A stretch of DNA of 64,000 bases from Candidatus Obscuribacteraceae bacterium (GCA_044229845.1 JBGASG010000008.1:96001-160000); one strand, 5' to 3'; positions 1 through 8,952 are shown, counted from the first letter of the stretch. Notes: a model not told the origin generated them from the letters alone. Numbers and translations: made by a program.

Positions 1-696
1 CTCAAACGGATCGCCGTCGGTCGTGCTGTAGGTTTCTTCCGCAGTCAAACCAGCCGCAGCGAGCATGCGCACGATCTCGCCGATTGTGTGGATGTAGTGT
101 GATGCAGATCGTTTCTCGACCTGACCTTTTTGCAAATAAGTAAGTTCACTGTCCAGCCGCGATTCGAGCGGCACGTATTCGTTTTTGATCAGCATGATGA
201 TGTCGTCTGCTTGCACCCATTCTTTGACGCCGCCCGTGACGAGATAGGTCTCAGCCGCCATGGCTGTATCGATCAAGAAACGTCCGCCGGGTTTGAGGGC
301 TCTGGCAATGCCGTCGAGAAACCGCTGAGTGTCTGCCGGAACGAAGTATCCGAAACTGTTTCCTGCGCAGAAAGCGGCATCGAATTGCGCCTGGTACGGC
401 AGGGCGCGCATGTCATGACTTTCGAACCGCAGCCGATCCCAGATGTGTTGACGGCAGAGCGCCAGCATCTCCTCCGAGATGTCCACACCGGTGACGTCAA
501 AACCGCAATGGGACATAGCAATGGCGTGGCGTCCGTTGCCAGCAGGAACGTCAAGAATGCGTTGCCCCTCCTCCAGATGTAGCGCTTCGACGAAGAAACT
601 TACTTCGGCAGCGGTTATTTCAGGGGTGGTGAAGCGTCGCCAGAGGTCGGTGGCGACCCCCTGGAAGAACTGAGTAAACCATTCCTCTGTGGGCAT
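1..696 (-). CDS. Class I SAM-dependent methyltransferase (runs off the window edge; 3' end missing)
   Basis: Manual minus-strand translation from ATG at 696 gives MPTEEWFTQFFQGVATDLWRRF...RILDVPAGNGRHAIAMSHCGFDVTGVDIS, with the SAM-binding motif I (LDVPAGNG) and VTGVD. Absent from the ORF track because no stop lies in the window. Confidence 0.85.
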   Translation of the reverse strand, partial: MPTEEWFTQFFQGVATDLWRRFTTPEITAAEVSFFVEALHLEEGQRILDVPAGNGRHAIAMSHCGFDVTGVDISEEMLALCRQHIWDRLRFESHDMRALPYQAQFDAAFCAGNSFGYFVPADTQRFLDGIARALKPGGRFLIDTAMAAETYLVTGGVKEWVQADDIIMLIKNEYVPLESRLDSELTYLQKGQVEKRSASHYIHTIGEIVRMLAAAGLTAEETYSTTDGDPFE

Positions 697-824
697 TTGA
701 GCGTCCTTTGCTGCGCCAATGATAATAATCGGTCCGCCCGGCGTAACAATGACCATCAGCTAAGGTTTTCGAGGCGAACTCAAGAGACAATGGCACCTTC
801 AACCAGTCGCCTGAGGATACTCAC

Positions 825-1670
825 ATGGTCGTTGCCACGCAGCAAATCACCATTGCGCACAGCCCGGACTCCGATGATGCCTTCATGTTCTACGCGCTCG
901 CCGCGGAAAAAATCGACACGCACGGATTGCAAGTCAAGCAAGTTTTGAAAGACATTCAATCGCTGAACGTCGATGCCAAGAACGGCGTCTACGAAGTTTC
1001 CGCAATTTCGTTCGCGGTCTTTCCGCAGATCGATGAAAAGTATTCGCTGATGCCCTGTGGTGCCAGCATGGGTCTTAACTATGGCCCGACCATCGTCTCC
1101 AAACGCCCTCTCACCAGGCTGGAACTGCGTAAAAGCAAACTGGCCATTCCCGGCAAACTGACCACCGCCTATCTGGTCGCCCGTCTCTACGAGCCAGACC
1201 TGAATGTCGTCGAAGTGCCGTTCGACAAAATTATCGACGCCGTCCAGGCTGGAGAAGTAGATGCCGGTTTACTGATTCACGAAGGTCAACTGACCTATGC
1301 CGACCTCGGCTTGACCAAAGTAGTCGACCTGGGTGAATGGTGGTACGAGAAATTCAAGCTGCCTCTGCCGCTGGGCGGCAACGTCATCCGCAAGGACCTC
1401 GGCGACAAAGTCATTCGTGATGCCACTTTGATGTTGCAAGAGTCCATCAAGTACTCACTTGCCCACCGCGAACAAGCACTCGAGTACGCCATGCAATTCG
1501 CCCGCGAGTTGAACAAACCGCAAGCGGACAAGTTCGTCGGCATGTACGTCAACGACCTGACAGTCGACTACGGCGACGATGGCCGCAAGGCGCTGCGCAA
1601 ACTATTCGAGCTGGCTTTCGAGAATCGTTTGATCGACAAGCCCGTCAAAGTGGAATTCGTCGAAATCTAA
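825..1670 (+). CDS. mqnD: 1,4-dihydroxy-6-naphthoate synthase (futalosine menaquinone pathway)
   Basis: AHSPDSDDAFMFYAL, GLLIHEGQLTY, DLGEWW...LPLPLGG and MYVN motifs typical of MqnD; 281 aa. Confidence 0.88.
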   Translation: MVVATQQITIAHSPDSDDAFMFYALAAEKIDTHGLQVKQVLKDIQSLNVDAKNGVYEVSAISFAVFPQIDEKYSLMPCGASMGLNYGPTIVSKRPLTRLELRKSKLAIPGKLTTAYLVARLYEPDLNVVEVPFDKIIDAVQAGEVDAGLLIHEGQLTYADLGLTKVVDLGEWWYEKFKLPLPLGGNVIRKDLGDKVIRDATLMLQESIKYSLAHREQALEYAMQFARELNKPQADKFVGMYVNDLTVDYGDDGRKALRKLFELAFENRLIDKPVKVEFVEI

Positions 1671-1679
1671 CGGCCACCC

Positions 1680-1982
1680 GTGCAAGAAGATCAAAACCTG
1701 CGAACCACCGGCGAGATCTACAAACCTCGCCCGTGGTTTTTGCGCACCGCCATAATCGGTTTGATCACAGGATTTGTTCTGGGAATCATCGGCACCATCG
1801 TCCTCGGGCTGTGCATGTCCGCGTACGGCAACACCAGTGTCACCGATGTCTTCACGGGCGAGAAGTTCATGAATTACCTGCCCGCCATCGGACTGGTGGG
1901 ACCAATATTTTCGGTATTTGCAGTGATTCTGGTCAGCTTTACCAAACTGCTGGAGCGCATCAAGCCGCCAGAAGATTTCTAG
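1680..1982 (+). CDS. Small membrane protein, two predicted TM helices
   Basis: Starts 10 bp after mqnD; two hydrophobic stretches. Confidence 0.65.
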   Translation: MQEDQNLRTTGEIYKPRPWFLRTAIIGLITGFVLGIIGTIVLGLCMSAYGNTSVTDVFTGEKFMNYLPAIGLVGPIFSVFAVILVSFTKLLERIKPPEDF

Positions 1983-1987
1983 CCTGA

Positions 1988-3463
1988 CTAGACACCAGGA
2001 GTGGTGCGAATTTTTCCCGCCTCGACCGCTTTCATCAAAGCGTCGTAATCGCGCTCATTTTGTTTTCGGTAAGCAAACGCGAACTTAGTCAGCGCTTCGT
2101 CGAAGGTATCACTGTTGCCCAGATAGCCGTAGAGAAGGGCCGGATCCCCAGTGCGGGCATGAGCGCGGGACAGCACGTATGCACACACTTCGGCGTAATC
2201 TTCGATGCCATCGGCGTCGAGTTCCGAGACGGCGACCGAACCCTTCATGTCCATCAGCTGGCGGAAGTAGAACTGCCTTTTGGGGCCGCTGCCCCAACCG
2301 AGAAACAAATCGAAGGCCGCCTGGATCAAACGCTGTCCGTTGACGATGCGTTCGCCGTTGTGCGCAAACTGACTCTTGCCCAGGTAGCGCTCCAGCACTG
2401 AACGATTCGCTTCCTTAACTTGCAAGAATATATAGTCGTCGACCTCTCCTTCACCCTGAAAAAGAGCGATACCGGCCGCGGTGCCAACGCTGCCGATGCC
2501 GACCACTTTGGCAGCCACGTCCACGAGATGATACCGCTGCATGAGTCTTTGACGGGATGGCCATAACGACTGCACGTAATGGATGAATACTTCTCGGGAA
2601 CTTTCCACGTCGGCTAAGCCGGAATGATAAACGAGTGGTGGCACGTCCTTGATACGCCGCTTGCCGTCGACCACTTCAGTCAGCTTGGCCAGTGCTCCGG
2701 CATGGCTGCGTTTCTCCAGCATGCGAATCATGGTCGATGTTTTGTGCTTAGACTTCAAACGCTTGATCAGATAGTCGAGGTTAATGCGCTCATACCAGAC
2801 ATCGAGCGAGCGAATCCGCGAAAACTCCTGCATCTTTTGCCGATAGGTTTTAGCCAGGGTGTATACACACCGCTCTACGGTGGCGTCGGAAAGCCCGTTG
2901 TCCGCACAGGCGATGGCAAAACTGGCCGCCAGGCGCTTTAAGTCCCACTCAAACGGACCGGGCAAGGTTTCATCGAAGTCATTGAGGTCGAAGATTACAT
3001 TGCGCTCCGGAGTTGCGAAGACGCCAAAGTTGGAGAGGTGACAGTCGCCGCATAGTTGCACTGGAGACTTCGTTCGCGGCATTTCGGACAGATCGCTTGC
3101 CATAATCAGCGCGGCGCCGCGGAAAAACGCAAACGGCGATTGCGCCATGCGCCCGTAGCGCAGAGGAATCAAATGCGCGCTGCGCGCATCATCTTGAGAA
3201 GCGAGCAGGCTGAGCGGGTCGACGCGATGCGCGGGCGGCTTCCACTGCCCGTTCGATCGTCTCGAGCATTGAGCACGCATTTCCTTGCCCTGTGCGACGC
3301 GCACTTTGTAGGACTGCCGGGGCTCGCGCAGATATGACCAGTCTTTGAGCAGACTGCTGGTGGTCATTTCGCGGGAATTGGTTCTGCGCTTCATGATTGA
3401 GACCCGATCAGTGAGTGGGGGTTGGGCTTTGAAAACTGCTGCGACGGCATAATAAGGTACCAC
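1988..3463 (-). CDS. DUF2252 family protein (kinase-like fold); true start probably ~3394 or ~3367
   Basis: LRYGRMAQSPFAFFRGAA, CGDCHLSNFG, FDLNDFDE, GPFEWDLKRLA, KVVGIGSVG, LQVKEA, RAHARTGD motifs. Confidence 0.9.
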   Translation of the reverse strand: MVPYYAVAAVFKAQPPLTDRVSIMKRRTNSREMTTSSLLKDWSYLREPRQSYKVRVAQGKEMRAQCSRRSNGQWKPPAHRVDPLSLLASQDDARSAHLIPLRYGRMAQSPFAFFRGAALIMASDLSEMPRTKSPVQLCGDCHLSNFGVFATPERNVIFDLNDFDETLPGPFEWDLKRLAASFAIACADNGLSDATVERCVYTLAKTYRQKMQEFSRIRSLDVWYERINLDYLIKRLKSKHKTSTMIRMLEKRSHAGALAKLTEVVDGKRRIKDVPPLVYHSGLADVESSREVFIHYVQSLWPSRQRLMQRYHLVDVAAKVVGIGSVGTAAGIALFQGEGEVDDYIFLQVKEANRSVLERYLGKSQFAHNGERIVNGQRLIQAAFDLFLGWGSGPKRQFYFRQLMDMKGSVAVSELDADGIEDYAEVCAYVLSRAHARTGDPALLYGYLGNSDTFDEALTKFAFAYRKQNERDYDALMKAVEAGKIRTTPGV

Positions 3464-3507
3464 CGTCTACGCATGCACTGATGATTTTTCGTGGCCGAGC
3501 AATTAAC

Positions 3508-3535
3508 TTGACAACCGCACCATAATTGGTAGCAT
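3508..3535 (+). promoter_or_regulatory. Putative sigma70-type promoter TTGACA-N16-TAGCAT
   Basis: Perfect -35 hexamer and a 4/6 -10 hexamer in the divergent intergenic region before the VirB4-like gene. Confidence 0.5.
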
Positions 3536-3715
3536 CGTACATTGAAGGAACCTACGCGCAATTTGTCCTTTTAAATCAATCGCGGCGCACGCAGCACGCT
3601 GTAGATTTGGCGCGTGCCTTCACACCCGAAAAGGGTTACACAGGTAGAGGAAGGCTCGGATTAACCAACGGGGAACCAAGCAGGGAAATCCAAATCAGGT
3701 TTGCAAAACAGCTCA

Positions 3716-3749
3716 ATGCACGCGCCCGCACGAGGGCGCGTGCATGTTT
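3716..3749 (+). terminator. Strong 12-bp hairpin ATGCACGCGCCC-GCACGA-GGGCGCGTGCAT followed by GTTT (possible attenuator or terminator)
   Basis: Perfect 12-bp inverted repeat; U-tract is short. Confidence 0.4.
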
Positions 3750-4088
3750 CGCACCAAGGCGTGACTATCGCGAGTTTGTGGTTAGACACGCGACTGCTAC
3801 GTCTTAGCAGCGAAACCGTCAACTTATAACGGAACTGCGCTTCGTCGTGCGCGCCGTATTTCGGTGCGCAGTCGTGATGCTCGGCGCCGCAGAGCGTTTG
3901 TTGGCACCAATTATGGTGGCAACATGTCCCAGCGCGAATGCGATGCCGGACGCGGGTGCAGGGCGAGGATACCCCTCGTCCTCTACCCTGCGTACGATCA
4001 GTGCGGCTCCGGAGAGGAACATCGATAGAGCGCGCTCCTGACACCGGGGGCGGTACCAGTTCGCGCACCAAAGCGGGAGGGCGCTATA

Positions 4089-6914
4089 GTGACGCAAGGC
4101 ACATTCGCCAAACGGCCATCGGAAAATTCATCGCTAAATGGTAAAAATGTTCCTCCGACCTTGGGGACGAGGTTGAAGCGCCTGGTCAGGGATGTCTCAG
4201 GTGGAGCCAGGCGCTTCTTCCCTCAAATCGCTGATGGCGCCACTGCCGGCAGTGCCGTATGTCCGGCGCAGGAACCGTCCGTTTCTCACCAATCGTTGGT
4301 CTCGCCCGGCTGGCCGACACCGGCCGAAACGCTGCAGCCGGTGCCTCCGCAGCAGGCATCCGGCCGGCAGCAGTCGTCCGAGTCGTCGCACCACGCCTCC
4401 GGTTCGCCCCCTACCGACTCCGAGAGGTTCAACTCGTGGGCCGATGTCTGTTTCTTGCACGCCCTGCCCGGCGGCGATGAGGATCAAGAAGCAATTGCCG
4501 TTCTGCGCGACGGTTCACTGAGACGTTTCATTTCCTGCAAAGGTATAAATGCACTACTCTCCGATCACCACGACCAGGAGTTTTTGGCACGCCAGTTCGC
4601 CAACCTGGCGAACATAGCCGACTGCGACATGCAAATCATCGTCACGTCGCGCAACCTGCCGGTCGAAGAATACCTGAGCAAATACCAGCAACTGATCAAA
4701 ACCGACGACACGTACCTCAAATGGTATTCATCGTATACAGACACGTGGTTCCGGCTTATGCAGGAAGTTTCGTTCGTGCCTCAGCGCGAGTTCTACGTGA
4801 TCGTTTCGTACACACCGCCCGATGCTCTGGCAGGCTCTCAGTGGAAGAAACGCAGCAAAGCTCAGCATGAGGAATTCGTCGCGCGTCTCGACCGCATCAC
4901 CAAAACTGTCGGCGAGCAATTGCGTCAGTCGGGACTTCGTCCTTCCATCATGTCGATACGCGAGGTGCGGCAACTCATTTATCACCACCTCAATCCCAAT
5001 TTGAGTAAGCGCGATCCGGTACCACCGCCGCGCTCGGCACACAACAGCGAAGCGTCGTCGCTAGCGCGCTCCGCCCTGTCTATCAACTGGAACCACATCA
5101 AGCTCGACAACTCGTATATCGGCTCACTCTACATGGCGGAACCACCTCATGAAACATGGTTTGGATGGATGTCTGATCTGCTCACGCTTGGCGTGGAATA
5201 CACACTGTCAATCTTTATCCATAAGTGCGATCAGGAGCAGGTTAGAAAACAACTTGCGCACAAGCACCGGGTCAGCTACGCCTGCAATGCCGGACTCTTT
5301 GTACCAGACGTTGAGGGACTTGAAGCCACCCACACCGCTGCGACAGCAATTCAGGAATTCCTGCGCTCGTCAAATAAAGCTTTCGATGTAAGCATGTACA
5401 TACGCACGCATGCGTCATCGCTGCAGCAGCTGCGCTCGAACGCGGATGAAATTCGGCGCGTCTTCAACAATCGCGGCGCCCGCATGGAAATTGCGGACGG
5501 TATGCAATTCGCCACCTGGCAGGCAACGCTGCCGGTGGGCGTTGATACCATCGCCATTACTCATCGCCTCATGTCCCCGATTGTGGGCACCATGTGGCCC
5601 TTCTTCACCGCCAGTTGCGGCACACCGGACGGAGTGCCGTTCGGCTTTGCCCTGGCATCGCGCGAGCCGGTGCTGCTCAATCCGTTTTTCCGCGGCTCGG
5701 GCAAGGACGCCAATAATATGTTTGTGGTCGGGACGACGGGCGCCGGCAAGTCGTTCGCCATGTCGATGCTGATGCTGCGCCTGCTCCCCATGGGCATGAA
5801 ATTTGTTTTGATCGACAAGACCATCGATAAGAATGGGTCATACAGATTTATCACCGATTTGCTGGGACCGGAGATGTGCGCTTACATCGACCTGGGACCC
5901 AGTTGCGGTCAGGTGATCAATCCCTTCGATCTGGGACCGGATGACAAAATCGGCGCACCATCAGCCAGCAAGCTGGAGTTCTTGCTGATGCTGCTGGACA
6001 TTATGTTAGCGCCGCAAGACCAAGAAGAAATGAATGTCGAAGACAAGGCTTTACTGGACGAGCTGCTGCGCGAAGCCTATCGCGAAGCAGGGACGCGCGA
6101 CACGATTCCGACTATGACCGACTTGATGCGCGTCACAGAAGCGGCGGCGAAGGCAGATTCGGAACCTGCACAGAGAGACCGTTATCTCTGCCTTTCGCGC
6201 GCCCTCAAATTGTTCACCAACGGCAGTTCGTATGGTGGCTTTATCGACGGCATGACCAACGTAGACACCGACAAGATGTTCATCGTGTTTGACACGCGCG
6301 AGGTGAATGACCCGCGCCTGGAACGCATGGCAGCGTTCTTGCTGGCGGAATTCGTGCGCCGCAAAGCGCAGGAAAACAAGGCCCGCAAAATCAAGTTTGC
6401 GGCGATCATTGATGAGGCGGCGACGCTGATGCGGTTTAAGGCTGGTGCCAGGTTGCTGGATGATCTGTCCCGGCGCGGGCGTCAATACGGGATGATGCTG
6501 GTGACGATTACACAGCAGTTGAAGGACTTTTTCCGGCAGGCGGAGATTGCCGACAGCGTGGTGAAGAATGCGCATATGAAGATATTGCTTCGTCAGGATG
6601 CGAGCGACTTGCAATTGTTGCGCGACGTTTTGCGATTGAACGACCCAGAGATTGCCGCCATCGCGAACTTTTCGCGCGACGAAGAAAAGCGCAAGGACAG
6701 CCAGTGTCTATTGATAGTTGGCGGTGTGAGGGGCACGTTGCGCTTGATTCCGTCACCGATGGATTATTGGGTGTGCACGTCCGAACCAATCAACGACATT
6801 CCGAAACGCAAAGAAATCATCGTCGAGTTGCGCGAACAATTTCCGGAGATGGATGAGTTGTCCCTGGTGCGGCGCGCCGTCTACGAACTCGGCATGCGCA
6901 CCGCCAATCAGTAA
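4089..6914 (+). CDS. VirB4/TraC/ConE-like conjugative or T4SS ATPase
   Basis: Walker A GTTGAGKS, Walker B IIDEA, RRGRQYG, ITQQ and INPFD motifs; 941 aa with a low-complexity N-terminus. Confidence 0.85.
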   Translation: MTQGTFAKRPSENSSLNGKNVPPTLGTRLKRLVRDVSGGARRFFPQIADGATAGSAVCPAQEPSVSHQSLVSPGWPTPAETLQPVPPQQASGRQQSSESSHHASGSPPTDSERFNSWADVCFLHALPGGDEDQEAIAVLRDGSLRRFISCKGINALLSDHHDQEFLARQFANLANIADCDMQIIVTSRNLPVEEYLSKYQQLIKTDDTYLKWYSSYTDTWFRLMQEVSFVPQREFYVIVSYTPPDALAGSQWKKRSKAQHEEFVARLDRITKTVGEQLRQSGLRPSIMSIREVRQLIYHHLNPNLSKRDPVPPPRSAHNSEASSLARSALSINWNHIKLDNSYIGSLYMAEPPHETWFGWMSDLLTLGVEYTLSIFIHKCDQEQVRKQLAHKHRVSYACNAGLFVPDVEGLEATHTAATAIQEFLRSSNKAFDVSMYIRTHASSLQQLRSNADEIRRVFNNRGARMEIADGMQFATWQATLPVGVDTIAITHRLMSPIVGTMWPFFTASCGTPDGVPFGFALASREPVLLNPFFRGSGKDANNMFVVGTTGAGKSFAMSMLMLRLLPMGMKFVLIDKTIDKNGSYRFITDLLGPEMCAYIDLGPSCGQVINPFDLGPDDKIGAPSASKLEFLLMLLDIMLAPQDQEEMNVEDKALLDELLREAYREAGTRDTIPTMTDLMRVTEAAAKADSEPAQRDRYLCLSRALKLFTNGSSYGGFIDGMTNVDTDKMFIVFDTREVNDPRLERMAAFLLAEFVRRKAQENKARKIKFAAIIDEAATLMRFKAGARLLDDLSRRGRQYGMMLVTITQQLKDFFRQAEIADSVVKNAHMKILLRQDASDLQLLRDVLRLNDPEIAAIANFSRDEEKRKDSQCLLIVGGVRGTLRLIPSPMDYWVCTSEPINDIPKRKEIIVELREQFPEMDELSLVRRAVYELGMRTANQ

Positions 6915-7124
6915 TTCGATCAAGCAGCTCCGCGACGGACGGCGAATATCAGTGCGCGAATACTTGCGCGCGCTCTGCATGCATGTCTCCTGACGACCGG
7001 GTGATTTAATCACTTGGCTTGAACTTTTTCGCGGGTCGCAACGTACTAGTGAACAGACCTAAGTAGTCCGTCTTTCACATCACCCGCTGCTGGCATTCAC
7101 CAGCGGTTAAAGAGGCTCGTCTTT

Positions 7125-7922
7125 ATGACTATGAGAATCGATCACAACTTGATCAATTGGAATGCGCCGCTCGACGATATCCGCGACCACACGGAATTCG
7201 ATGCTGTTTTCACTCAAGATCTTTTGAATGCGAGGTTTAGTGTTCAGGCAAAGAGCCCATTCATCGGGCTGCCTCGCCTTCAGCGGCTAGGGGAGCCACT
7301 GCTTGGTTTGCCAGAACGCGGAGTCCGCTTGTGCATTTTCATTCGCGTTCCCGATGCTTGGGAAGTTCGCAACTCAATCAACACAATCGATGCAGCTAAG
7401 GCCAGAAGGATAGAAGATGCGATCAACCTGCTAGAAGCTGCTGGCGCTCACATCAATCTTATCCAGGGAATTCATCAAAAAGTCTGTGTCATGGATGGCT
7501 GCGTTGTGTACCGCGGCAGCCTCAATATCTTGAGTTTCTACAACAGTGAGGAAGAGATGATGCGCAAGGTCAACGCAAAAGAAGCACTACAGGCAATGAC
7601 TTACAGCGGTATCGATAGATGCTTTTGCGCCGGTCCACCCGCCGTAGAGTTGCTTGCAAATCCAGACATCATCGGACAGCAGTTGCTTCGGATTCGCGAA
7701 AGTCTAAATCTGACACAAGAACAGGTGTGTGAAACTCTCAACAAAATTGACCCTTCGCTATTGAGTAGGATCGAAAGCCAAAAACGGGAGCCGTCGTTCA
7801 GGCAAGTTGCGCAAATTGGTGAAGCTCTTGGTCGCGGAGTAGGTCTGCTCCTTCCCAGCCAAATTCATTATCTCGACCAAATCGAATGCGTGATGCGAGA
7901 AAATGCAACACGCTCACGATAG
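7125..7922 (+). CDS. PLD-like (HKD) domain fused to a C-terminal XRE/Cro-C1 HTH
   Basis: HQKVCVMD...GSLN (HxKxxxxD-GSxN); C-terminal IRESLNLTQEQVCETL...LLSRIESQKREPS; AGAGG RBS upstream. Confidence 0.75.
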   Translation: MTMRIDHNLINWNAPLDDIRDHTEFDAVFTQDLLNARFSVQAKSPFIGLPRLQRLGEPLLGLPERGVRLCIFIRVPDAWEVRNSINTIDAAKARRIEDAINLLEAAGAHINLIQGIHQKVCVMDGCVVYRGSLNILSFYNSEEEMMRKVNAKEALQAMTYSGIDRCFCAGPPAVELLANPDIIGQQLLRIRESLNLTQEQVCETLNKIDPSLLSRIESQKREPSFRQVAQIGEALGRGVGLLLPSQIHYLDQIECVMRENATRSR

Positions 7923-7962
7923 GAGTTGACTTGCTCAGATGAACCCTTGGATCGGAGCTGGG

Positions 7963-8101
7963 TTTTTGTCAAGTTTTTCGGCAGTTTGGTTGACAAATCA
8001 GTGTTCCAGACTCGATTTTGTCAAGTTTTCCGGCGGTTTGGTTGACAAATTCGTGCGCATGCATCAGTTTTGTCAACTTATCCAGCACGTTTGTTGACAA
8101 A
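7963..8101. repeat. Array of three TGTCAA-N17-TTGACA inverted-repeat units at 52-bp pitch (copy 1)
   Basis: TGTCAA at 7967, 8019, 8071; TTGACA at 7990, 8042, 8094. Confidence 0.9.
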
Positions 8102-8257
8102 CGAGTCGAACGGCTCTGTGAACAGCGAGCCTTTCGCTTCGCATCACCCTGCGGAGAATTTTCCGAGAACATTTGTACGACATGGGCTAGGAACTTGCTC
8201 ACTTGATCGTCGTCACCCTCAACGACGTTAGATCTAACTGGAGGCCGTGAGTCAATA

Positions 8258-8875
8258 ATGCCCGAAGGAAAGAAATCCTCTACTACGAAGAAGTCGGCGA
8301 GCAGCGCGAAGAAAGCAAGTTCTGCTCGAAAGCCGACGAAGAAATCTGCGGCATCAAAACCAGCTGCCGCAAGGAAGAAACCAGCCGCGAAGAAACCGGC
8401 CGCCACTAAAAAATCGGCCGCCAAGTCTACCGCCGCCAAAAAGCCGGCTGCGAAGAAAGGAGCATCGCCGCGTAAGAGTGTGACCGCAACGAAGAAATCA
8501 ACCGCGATGGCGACGAAGAAGGGCGCCGCGGCGAAGAAGGGTGCAACCGCGAAGAAACCTTCTGCCAAGAAGGCACCAGCCAAGAAAGGCGCTGCCACTA
8601 AATCTGCGCCGAAGAAGTCGGCTGCGAAATCTACTGCGAAAAAATCCGCGCCGAGGAAAGCGGCGACCGGCTCCACAAAAGCCAAAGGCGCGACAAAACG
8701 GAAGACCAGCGGCACACGCAAGTCGGCTCCTAAAGGACCGATCGAAACCGTGAAGGCAGTGCTCAGCACTATCGTCGAAAACATCACCGGCGGCGAAAGC
8801 ACCAATTCCAATAGCGAAGGCGAAGCGAAAAACGCCGAATCCGAGGAAAAGGCAACCGACCATCAAGGTCAGTAG
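8258..8875 (+). CDS. Lys/Ala-rich histone H1-like (nucleoid-associated) protein
   Basis: ~165 residues of KKPAAKK/KKSAAK repeats followed by an acidic tail; GGAGG upstream. Confidence 0.7.
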   Translation: MPEGKKSSTTKKSASSAKKASSARKPTKKSAASKPAAARKKPAAKKPAATKKSAAKSTAAKKPAAKKGASPRKSVTATKKSTAMATKKGAAAKKGATAKKPSAKKAPAKKGAATKSAPKKSAAKSTAKKSAPRKAATGSTKAKGATKRKTSGTRKSAPKGPIETVKAVLSTIVENITGGESTNSNSEGEAKNAESEEKATDHQGQ

Positions 8876-8897
8876 GAGCGCAACGCGGACGATTAAG

Positions 8898-8932
8898 CAA
8901 AAAGAAACCGCCCCGAACGGGGCGGTTTCTCG
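8898..8932. terminator. Intrinsic terminator between convergent genes
   Basis: AGAAACCGCCCC-GAAC-GGGGCGGTTTCT (8903-8930), preceded by an A-run. Confidence 0.85.
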
Positions 8933-8952
8933 CATTCTCTATTACATTCGAC

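Noticed and set aside
130..582. 150-aa plus-strand ORF
   Set aside because: Antisense to the minus-strand methyltransferase at 1-696.
3640..3670. RNase P or tmRNA resemblance (GAGGAAGGCTCGG)
   Set aside because: Lacks GAGGAAAGUCC and the 3' P4 strand; no tRNA-like ends or tag peptide found.
7963..8101. Integron attC sites
   Set aside because: Ends do not fit RYYYAAC/GTTRRRY, units are too short, and there are no cassette ORFs or integrase.
7969..8811. 280-aa hydrophobic minus-strand ORF
   Set aside because: Antisense shadow of the Lys/Ala-rich gene: AAG/GCN codons read as Phe/Leu/Ala.
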